DNA of 32,000 nucleotides from an uncultured bacterium (GTDB taxonomy: Bacteria; Margulisbacteria; WOR-1; CAVSGV01). Made by a program: the position numbers and the translations under genes. The stretch is from assembly GCA_963699255.1 (NCBI GenBank), contig OY969425.1, positions 1,440,001 through 1,472,000 on the forward strand. Reading direction: 5' to 3'. The first letter of the stretch is position 1; every line of letters starts with the position of its first letter. Shown piece after piece: positions 1 to 6,563 of this stretch. A model generated the notes under the pieces. That model saw nothing but the letters and a program-made list of their open reading frames with translations. It was not told the origin of the DNA and did not search any database.

Positions 1-1504
1 GATTCAGCTTCGATGAAGAAAAGAGCCTTTGTTGGCCCCCTTCGATGTCAATATCGTTAATTGTATTTCTTATGGCCGTATCAAGAAACTCTGAAATACT
101 GTCTTTGGTTTTGAATAATTTAATCTTTTTATCAATTGGATTATTATATTTGGCCCCGATTATTATTGGGAGCATCCGCATTAAAATGCTCATTTCAGCA
201 AGATACAACGGGAACTCTGCTATATCCAAGCCGAATATATTTTCATTTACGATTTTTTCAATTGCTTTCGATGCATCTTCATTCTGCCTGGTAAATGCAT
301 TAACGATTGAGTCAACAGCGCTATACAAAAACGTTCCGCTACCACATGCCGGATCAATTAAGGATAGGCCTTTTTCTTCAGAAATATTATCTTTCAGACA
401 GCTCCCATAATATCCGATTTGCTTCAGCATAAATGAAACAATCGCCGGATCTGTATAATATTGCCCCTTATTTTCATCCTCGTATAATTCCTTTAAATAA
501 TTTTCATATATATACCCAAAAATTTCATAGCGAACATTTGCAAAGTTATATTGACCAATAAAAACAAAGATATCTAGCCACGGCGAAACATCATGAAGTT
601 CATTTTGGGGTTTCCTAATAAGTTCAAGCAATTTACTTGTTATATAATTTTGCTCTTCGGAAAATGGACGATATATGTTTTTAGAAATCGTTGCAGAGAT
701 TCCGTCAACGATGCCAAGAATTTTACCGTATTGTTGTGATTTTAAGCATCGATATATTGTTTGGTAACTGTCGGTATATTCTTTTTTAAAGTCATCAAAG
801 TCATTATCAGCAATTGTTTTATATAATATGAATTGAATGATATATGCATAAGTTATCTCAGTAGCTCTTTTGCTTGCTTCTTTATCTTTGCCAAGATACC
901 CCTCTAAGTCAATCTTATGTTTAAAACTTCTTATTAGTTGGGTAATATGAGCGAAAAATAACTCCATATTACTCTCCACAGGAAGCTTATCTTCTTTTAT
1001 TAAAGAAAGTTGCCCTTTTGGTTCAAAATATGAGAGGTAATATGTTTCTGGTTTAATGTATTCTTTCCAATACTCAACAAATCTATCAGGATCATTTAAT
1101 ATCTGATCCAAAGTGAAGGAGCGATATATGTTGTTATTGTAAAATCGCCAGGTGTAGCCATCTGTTAATATGCCGTAATGTTTTTCAAAATCTTTTTGAT
1201 AATTAAATAGCTGCTTTACTCCGGCCTCTATATTTCCATAACATTCCGCTTCAACGGGGATAAGGATATCGGGATTAATATATATTACAAAATCCGCCCT
1301 TCTCTTTTCCTTCGCTTTTTTCTCGTGGATATATTCATTCTTTAGTCTTTCTCTTTTTGTTGATAACGCCCCCTCTTTGAGATGAAATAGCTCTGGTGAT
1401 TCGAGGCAGTCTATTATAAAGCTGTGGACACCTGTTCCGGTTTCTTGGGTTTTATATTGTTGCTTTTCACTTGACCATTTACTTTTTAGTCCCTTAATGT
1501 CCAT
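1..1504 (-). CDS. Type IIG-like restriction-modification fusion protein, first ~501 codons only. It has an N-terminal restriction-endonuclease-like (HSDR_N / PD-(D/E)xK-type) module, a helical linker and the start of a gamma-class N6-adenine DNA methyltransferase. The gene runs off the left edge.
   Basis: Absent from the supplied ORF track because there is no stop inside the window. Hand translation of the minus strand from the ATG (complement of 1502-1504, AAGGA 7 nt upstream) is stop-free to position 1. It reads MDIKGLKSKW...RRADFVIYINPDILIPVEAECYG...QLFNYQKDFEKHYGILTDGYTWRFY (nuclease-fold pattern). Later come GQYYTDPAIVSFML (motif X-like), LIDPACGSGTFL (SAM motif I) and IFGLDIAEFPLYLAEMSILM. 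The catalytic NPPY-type motif and any target recognition domain would be off-window. Confidence 0.75.
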   Translation of the reverse strand, partial: MDIKGLKSKWSSEKQQYKTQETGTGVHSFIIDCLESPELFHLKEGALSTKRERLKNEYIHEKKAKEKRRADFVIYINPDILIPVEAECYGNIEAGVKQLFNYQKDFEKHYGILTDGYTWRFYNNNIYRSFTLDQILNDPDRFVEYWKEYIKPETYYLSYFEPKGQLSLIKEDKLPVESNMELFFAHITQLIRSFKHKIDLEGYLGKDKEASKRATEITYAYIIQFILYKTIADNDFDDFKKEYTDSYQTIYRCLKSQQYGKILGIVDGISATISKNIYRPFSEEQNYITSKLLELIRKPQNELHDVSPWLDIFVFIGQYNFANVRYEIFGYIYENYLKELYEDENKGQYYTDPAIVSFMLKQIGYYGSCLKDNISEEKGLSLIDPACGSGTFLYSAVDSIVNAFTRQNEDASKAIEKIVNENIFGLDIAEFPLYLAEMSILMRMLPIIIGAKYNNPIDKKIKLFKTKDSISEFLDTAIRNTINDIDIEGGQQRLFSSSKLN

Positions 1505-1644
1505 CTTATTCCTTTATATGAGAATGATATTTGAAATATATCTGTTTTGTGAATTATACGCTTATAGCTTATGTGCGTAAAGGGTGAGGAAACCACAGCG
1601 TCAGGGCCTCTTTTTGGCCTTTTCTCGCATATCTATTCTCTAGT

Positions 1645-1664
1645 CTCTAATCTCCAATCTCTAC
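1645..1664. repeat. Copy A of the CTCTAATCTC intergenic repeat, embedded in a polypyrimidine tract at ~1631-1705
   Basis: ctctaatctccaatctctac here versus ctctaatctctgatctctaac at 16208-16228 (18 of 20 identical plus a 1-nt indel). Both continue into C/T-rich sequence. Confidence 0.7.
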
Positions 1665-1695
1665 TTTCCCATCTTCCATCTCCCATTTGCCACTC

Positions 1696-1724
1696 TTGCC
1701 AACGATATCGCCATGTGATATACT
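1696..1724 (+). promoter_or_regulatory. Candidate sigma70-type promoter of the rpsF operon
   Basis: TTGCCA (1696-1701), 17-nt spacer, TATACT (1719-1724), about 100 nt upstream of the rpsF start. Confidence 0.45.
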
Positions 1725-1774
1725 TTCCCGTTGTTCTCCCGATTCCTTATATTAAAAAATATAAGTTGTTGAGG

Positions 1775-1797
1775 GATCCCGATCTCAGGTCGGGATC
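1775..1797 (+). promoter_or_regulatory. 5' UTR hairpin upstream of rpsF (candidate S6:S18 autoregulatory leader)
   Basis: Perfect 8-bp stem gatcccga / tcgggatc with a 7-nt loop. GGATCC (1774-1779) is self-complementary to GGATCC (1812-1817), which overlaps the AAGGAGGA Shine-Dalgarno sequence. Confidence 0.3.
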
Positions 1798-1820
1798 AAT
1801 AATGTTAAGGAGGATCCATT

Positions 1821-2237
1821 TTGAAACCATATGAAGCGATAGTTATTTTCAATTCCGGCATCACGGAAGACAAGATCGACGCGTCCATAGCAAAATTCGA
1901 GAAAAAAATAAAGGACTCAGGCGGCACAGACGTTGCCACCGCGAAATGGGGAACGAGAAAACTCGCTTCGCCGATGAAAAAAGCCAAGAAAGCTTCGGAA
2001 GGATATTATGTTCTCATCAATTTTAACGGAGAAGGCAGAACGCCGAACGAGCTTCGGTTGCTCCTGAACGTTTCCGAGGAGATCATCAGGTATTCCGTGG
2101 TATGCGCAAGGCCCGCGGAAGAAGCCGAACCTAAAGAGGAAAAAGTTGAGATCGCGCCTTCAATGATCATGCCGCCCGTTCCCGGAGAGGGCCTGTCCGC
2201 TTCCGACGAGACTTCGCAGCAGGGCGATCAGATTTAG
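1821..2237 (+). CDS. rpsF: 30S ribosomal protein S6
   Basis: TTG start 6 nt after AAGGAGGA. MKPYEAIVIFNSG...WGTRKLA...GYYVLINF is the typical S6 pattern. It has an acidic C-terminal tail and sits in rpsF-ssb-rpsR-rplI synteny. Confidence 0.95.
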   Translation: MKPYEAIVIFNSGITEDKIDASIAKFEKKIKDSGGTDVATAKWGTRKLASPMKKAKKASEGYYVLINFNGEGRTPNELRLLLNVSEEIIRYSVVCARPAEEAEPKEEKVEIAPSMIMPPVPGEGLSASDETSQQGDQI

Positions 2238-2238
2238 A

Positions 2239-2658
2239 ATGGCCAACTTAAACAGGATTATACTTATAGGGACCCTGACAAATGATCCGGAGGTCCGTTT
2301 TACCGTGGAAGGATTGCAGATAGCTAAATTCCAGCTTGCTGTTGACAGGTTCGTGCAGGAAGGCGCGCCGAAACAGGTCGATTATATAGATGTTACCGCA
2401 TGGAGGCGCCTCGCCGAGATCTGCGGCCAGTATCTGAAAAAGGGAAAGACCGCGCTTGTTGAAGGGCGTATCCAGATCAGGACTTTTGAGGACGGAAATG
2501 GGGCAAGGAAATGGGCGACAGAGGTCGTTGCCAGGAATATAAAGCTGATTGGCGAGGCCGTGAAAACACAGCCTGTCAACACTTCCGCTTCCGAGCCTCT
2601 GGATGAAGTGCCCGGTGTTGAAGAACTTCCCGCGGAAGAAAGCGACCTGCCGTTCTAG
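2239..2658 (+). CDS. ssb: Single-stranded DNA-binding protein (paralog 1)
   Basis: OB-fold N-terminus MANLNRIILIGTLTNDPEVRF, then AWRRLAEICGQYLKKG, a disordered linker and an acidic tip ending in DLPF. Confidence 0.9.
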   Translation: MANLNRIILIGTLTNDPEVRFTVEGLQIAKFQLAVDRFVQEGAPKQVDYIDVTAWRRLAEICGQYLKKGKTALVEGRIQIRTFEDGNGARKWATEVVARNIKLIGEAVKTQPVNTSASEPLDEVPGVEELPAEESDLPF

Positions 2659-2659
2659 A

Positions 2660-2710
2660 AATTAGATATTAGAGGTTAGTAATTAGATATTAGAAAATAG
2701 AGATCAGGGG
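2660..2710. repeat. Copy B (opposite orientation) of the CTCTAATCTC family, with an internal 21-nt-period direct repeat
   Basis: aattagatattaga occurs at 2660-2673 and 2681-2694. It is followed by aaatagagatcagggg, whose reverse complement cccctgatctctattt shares ctgatctcta with copy C. Confidence 0.6.
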
Positions 2711-2718
2711 ATATAAAA

Positions 2719-3120
2719 GTGTACAACAAGGTTTTTCTGATAGGCAATTTGACAAAGGACCCGGAACTCAGGTATACCCCGAGCGGGATACCTGTTGCCA
2801 GGTTCACGATCGCGGTGAACAGGCCCTCTTCCAAGAACGATAAAAAAGAAGTGGATTTCATCAATATCGTCGCCTGGAGGAGGCTTGCCGAGATCTGCGG
2901 TGAATACCTGAAAAAGGGCAGGCCGGTATCGATAGAGGGAAGGCTTCAGATCAGGCCGTACGAAAAGGACGGAGAGAAAAAGGTTTTCGCGGAAGTCGTG
3001 GCTGAAGGGATGCAAATGCTGGGCAAGAAGGAAGGGTCTACGACGCAACCGGAAAAGATCCAAGCTGAAGAGCCCGGAACGTCTGCGGCGGCGGGTGAGG
3101 GAGAGGAGATACCTTTTTAG
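2719..3120 (+). CDS. ssb: Single-stranded DNA-binding protein (paralog 2)
   Basis: GTG start with AGGGG upstream. MYNKVFLIGNLTKDPELRYTPSG, AWRRLAEICGEYLKKG, acidic tip EEIPF. Confidence 0.9.
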   Translation: MYNKVFLIGNLTKDPELRYTPSGIPVARFTIAVNRPSSKNDKKEVDFINIVAWRRLAEICGEYLKKGRPVSIEGRLQIRPYEKDGEKKVFAEVVAEGMQMLGKKEGSTTQPEKIQAEEPGTSAAAGEGEEIPF

Positions 3121-3131
3121 TTAGTTTGTTG

Positions 3132-3148
3132 CCCGCCAGAGGCGGGCA
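3132..3148. repeat. GC hairpin 17-mer cccgccagaggcgggca (copy 1); possible weak terminator or attenuator between ssb and rpsR
   Basis: Stem gcccgcc / ggcgggc with loop aga. The T-rich run starts 5 nt later (atggattttattt). The identical 17-mer recurs at 21320-21336. Confidence 0.5.
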
Positions 3149-3174
3149 TGGATTTTATTTAAGGGGGAATATTC

Positions 3175-3447
3175 TTGGGAAAAAAAGACAGGGATAGGGA
3201 TAATAAAAGAAAAAGCAACAATGAAGAAAGGCCTCAAAGGAAAAGAAGGAAGAAAGTCTGCATTTTCTGCGCCGACAAGTTCATGCCTGATTACAAGAAG
3301 ATCGATCTCATGAAGAGATTCGTCAGCAGCAGAGGCAAGATCCTCACAATGAGATCATCCGGGTGCTGCGCGAAGCACCAGAGAGCTGTCGCCGGGGAAG
3401 TTAAAAAGGCAAGACAGCTTGGATTCCTGCCTTACACGGTGGACTAA
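3175..3447 (+). CDS. rpsR: 30S ribosomal protein S18 with a basic N-terminal extension
   Basis: TTG start after AAGGGGG. CIFCADK...DYKKIDLMKRFVSSRGKIL...AKHQRAVAGEVKKARQLGFLPY. Confidence 0.9.
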   Translation: MGKKDRDRDNKRKSNNEERPQRKRRKKVCIFCADKFMPDYKKIDLMKRFVSSRGKILTMRSSGCCAKHQRAVAGEVKKARQLGFLPYTVD

Positions 3448-3899
3448 TGAAGATAATTCTTTTAGAGGACGTTAAAGGTGTAGGCCCCGCTGATACCGTC
3501 AAGGATGTCTCCGACGGATATGCCAGGAATTTTTTGCTGCCAAAAGGCGCTGCCGTGATCGCGGATAAAGGAACACTTAAAGTCCTTGATGTCAGGCTTA
3601 AGGCGAAGGCCGAGGGAATAGAAAAAGAAAAGGCCGATCTAAGGAAGATCGCGTCAAAGCTTGACGGCGCCCAGATCAGCATACAGGTGGATGCCGGCGA
3701 AAGCGGAAAGATCTTCGGGTCGGTCACGCACCAGGATATCGCCAGGAAAGTGTTCGAAACGCTTGGCATCGAAGTGGACAAGAAAAAGATCGTTCTGGAC
3801 CAGCCGATAAAAGAGACCGGGTCGTTCGATGTTCCCGTTAAATTCACCTCGGATATCTCCGCGTCCCTGAAAGTGAATGTTGCCGCAAGCCCCAGATAA
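3447..3899 (+). CDS. rplI: 50S ribosomal protein L9
   Basis: MKIILLEDVKGVG...VSDGYARNFLLPKG. The start overlaps the rpsR stop (TAATG). Confidence 0.95.
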   Translation: MKIILLEDVKGVGPADTVKDVSDGYARNFLLPKGAAVIADKGTLKVLDVRLKAKAEGIEKEKADLRKIASKLDGAQISIQVDAGESGKIFGSVTHQDIARKVFETLGIEVDKKKIVLDQPIKETGSFDVPVKFTSDISASLKVNVAASPR

Positions 3900-5449
3900 G
3901 CCCGGCGTTTATTTAATAAAGGACAGCTCCGGAAAGATCATATATGTAGGCAAGGCCATATCCATCGCCAAAAGGATAAAGGCTCACTTCAGGCCCGATT
4001 CAAAACTCGCTTCTCACATTGCCGACCTGGATTACATAGTCACGTCAACAGAACTCGAGGCTCTCATGCTCGAGGCGGTGCTGATAAAAAAACATCATCC
4101 AAGGTATAACGTGCTGCTTCGGGACGACAAGCAGTACCCTTACATAAAGCTGACCGTGAACGAAGAGTGGCCGAGCATGTCATTGGTGCGAAAGATCGTT
4201 GATGACGGGGCTGAATATTTCGGGCCTTACAGGAGCCAGACGGTAAAGGATATTTTCAAGTTGGTAAAGCGCCTTTTCCGGATAAGGTGGTGCAGGACGT
4301 TCAAAAAGAGGGATCAGCCGTGCTTTTACTATCACATGCATAAGTGCCTTGCTCCGTGCGCAAGGAACGTTTCGAGGCAGCAGTATTTAAGGTCGGTGAA
4401 GGATATCGAGCTTTTCCTGGAGGGAAAATTCGAGACCGCTATAAAGAAACTTGAAGCTGAAATGGACCAGGCATCGCAAAACAAAGATTACGAGGCGGCG
4501 GCGGAAATAAGGGACAGGCTGAAACTTTTCAAGAGCATCTCGGAGGAACAAAAGGTCGTGACAGCCGACAGGAAAGACAAGGATGTTTTCTTCGTTTCAA
4601 CTTACGGAAATTCGGCGCTGGCCCTGATACTTGAGATCCGCTGCGGGAAACTGACCGGGAAACAGAGCTATTTCATTAAAGACACGAAACTTGAAGAAGA
4701 GGATACTCCTGACAAGCCTGATGGTCCAGTATTATTCAAGCGCGACATACGTGCCTCAAGAGATCATCGCTTCCGCCGATACAAATAAGGCGATCCTGGA
4801 AGGGGCTTTGACCAAACTCAAGGGATCAAATGTCCGCATAAATATCCCCAGGTCCGGTAATGACAAAGGCCTGCTGAAGATGGCGGAGGAGAATTCCAAT
4901 TATGCCCTTCAGCAGAACATAAGGATCGAAGGTAATATTTATGATTCTTTATTTGACCTGAAACGATCCTTAGATCTCGAAAAGATGCCTTACAGGATAG
5001 AGGCATTCGACATCTCGACGACGATGGGAGTTGAAACCGTCGGCTCGATGGCGGTTTTTGAAGGCGGGCTGCCGCTTAAATCCGACTACAGGAAGTTCAA
5101 AGTTGCGCCCGGAAGGAAAGCGAATAACGACGTCGCCGGCATAAGGAATATCGTGATGAGAAGGTACACCGGGAAGCTAAGCTCCCAGCTTGCTTCGCCC
5201 GACCTTGTCCTGATAGACGGAGGGCTCGGCCAGCTTAACGCGGCAAAGCCTTTTATTCCTAAGGGTTCCGCGGTATTGGGCCTGGCGAAAAAACTCGAGG
5301 AGATCTACATGACGGGAAGAAAAGGGCCGATAAGGCTTGATATGGATTCTCCGGCGCTCAAGCTGCTTCGCAGGATAAGGGATGAAGCCCACAGATTCGC
5401 GATAACATTCCACAGGAAGCGAAGAGCCGCCAGGACGTTCTCGAACTGA
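3877..5449 (+). pseudogene. uvrC: Excinuclease ABC subunit C, interrupted by a +1 frame change and lacking the C-terminal (HhH)2 domain
   Basis: Frame 1 (3877-4788) encodes GIY-YIG (KPGVYLIKDSSGKIIYVGKA...YNVLLRDDKQYPY), a Cys cluster and a UVR helix (DYEAAAEIRDRL). Frame 2 (open from 4655, ends 5449) continues LMVQYY...RIEAFDIS...DLVLIDGGLGQLNAA...RDEAHRFAITFHRKRR. The stop comes 7 codons later, and no HhH sequence follows in any frame. Confidence 0.8.
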
Positions 5450-5594
5450 CAGCCGCACTAATTTACCAGTAAACCTAACTTATTCTCCTTTTATCCCCGC
5501 GAATAAATATGTTCATTCGGTGAAATTTCCATTACCTTCTTACGATATATTAAGCGGCAATAGATTTTGTTTTTAAATCCAGGAGGGAAATATA

Positions 5595-6392
5595 ATGGTA
5601 ATGATAATTGACAATCAAAGTTTTCTAAGGACTTCTTTGATAGGCAGAGCTAATATGAAAGAAAATCCGGCTAAGCTCGAACAGAGCGGAGTTAAAGCCT
5701 ATGAAGAGGCTTGCAAAAAATACGGAGTTGAAGTGAACAAGAAGATCCGAAGGGCGCTATTGAAGGGCAAAACTACGCTCAACCTCAGTAATGAAAATAT
5801 CGGTGCCGGACAAGCCATGGCGCTGGCGGAGGCTCTCAAGGTCAATAAGACCTTATGCAAGCTCGGGCTTCATGGGAATAACATCGGCGATGAAGGAGCC
5901 AAGGCGCTTGCAGAGGCGCTTAAGGTCAATCAAAGTTTAACAGAGATCGACCTTGAGGCGAATGATATTGGCGATGAAGGAACCATAGCGATCGCAGAGG
6001 CCCTTATGATCAACAAAAGCTTAACGGGGATCAACCTTAACATGAACAGGTTTGGCGATACAGGAGCCATAGCGATCGCAGAGACCCTTGAGGTCAATAC
6101 GAGCTTGACGGCGCTCTTTCTTTTAAAAAATTGTATCGGCGATGAAGGGGCCATATCGCTTGCGGAGGCCCTTAGGTTTAATAACAGCTTGATGATACTT
6201 GACCTTGCGCAAAATAACATCGGCGATGTAGGAGCCAAGGCGTTTGCAGATGCTTTCAAAATTAATTTAGATGCTATCAAAATCAATAAGAGCTTAACTG
6301 AGCTAGACCTTGCGCAAAATATGATCGGCGAAGAAGGGAAAGCGGCCCTGCGGACGGTCGAGAGGGGATCACTTAATATAGAATGCTATTAA
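5595..6392 (+). CDS. Ribonuclease-inhibitor-type (RI/RNI-like, 28-residue) leucine-rich repeat protein
   Basis: ATG 7 nt after AGGAGGG. Seven repeats of the type SLTEIDLEANDIGDEGTIAIAEALMINK run from ~5772 to the stop. The sixth carries a short internal duplication (KINLDAIKINK). The DNA shows the matching ~84-nt periodicity. Confidence 0.85.
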   Translation: MVMIIDNQSFLRTSLIGRANMKENPAKLEQSGVKAYEEACKKYGVEVNKKIRRALLKGKTTLNLSNENIGAGQAMALAEALKVNKTLCKLGLHGNNIGDEGAKALAEALKVNQSLTEIDLEANDIGDEGTIAIAEALMINKSLTGINLNMNRFGDTGAIAIAETLEVNTSLTALFLLKNCIGDEGAISLAEALRFNNSLMILDLAQNNIGDVGAKAFADAFKINLDAIKINKSLTELDLAQNMIGEEGKAALRTVERGSLNIECY

Positions 6393-6517
6393 AGAGATTT
6401 TTATAGTAGCAGATAGCAATGTTTCGGCTGCTTCAAGCGCCGGATAAGCTTCGATTCGATATCAAATAATCCCTAATATTTATCACTTCCCGCTTAAGCT
6501 TTGCCTCTGCCGGCACA

Positions 6518-6547
6518 CTGTCAAATATTTAATAATTATGGTATAAT
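6518..6547 (+). promoter_or_regulatory. Candidate extended -10 promoter for the M23 peptidase gene
   Basis: cTGtCA (6518-6523), 18-nt spacer, TGgTATAAT (6539-6547). Confidence 0.4.
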
Positions 6548-6563
6548 TTCCCTTCGTTTCACT

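Noticed and set aside
45-410. 121-aa plus-strand ORF from the track
   Set aside because: It lies entirely antisense to the well-supported minus-strand nuclease-methyltransferase frame. The product is low-complexity and hydrophobic with no RBS or motifs.
1571-1987. Track ORFs 1571-1834 (+) and 1805-1987 (-)
   Set aside because: The first reads through the polypyrimidine repeat, the promoter and the rpsF leader. The second is antisense to rpsF. Neither has a recognisable product.
4655-4788. Programmed +1 ribosomal frameshift in uvrC
   Set aside because: There is no known precedent for uvrC, and I see no recognisable shift-prone codon or stimulatory context. The gene also has a second lesion (lost HhH domain). 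Mutation or assembly error is the simpler reading.
5772-6392. Regular ~84-nt DNA periodicity that could be mistaken for a CRISPR-like or satellite array
   Set aside because: The periodicity is fully explained by in-frame 28-residue leucine-rich repeats. The units are diverged and have no spacer-repeat organisation.
6501-6563. Upstream TTG start of track ORF 6501-7400
   Set aside because: This start would translate through the candidate promoter (-10 at 6542-6547). The GTG at 6564 yields a proper signal-peptide-like N-terminus.
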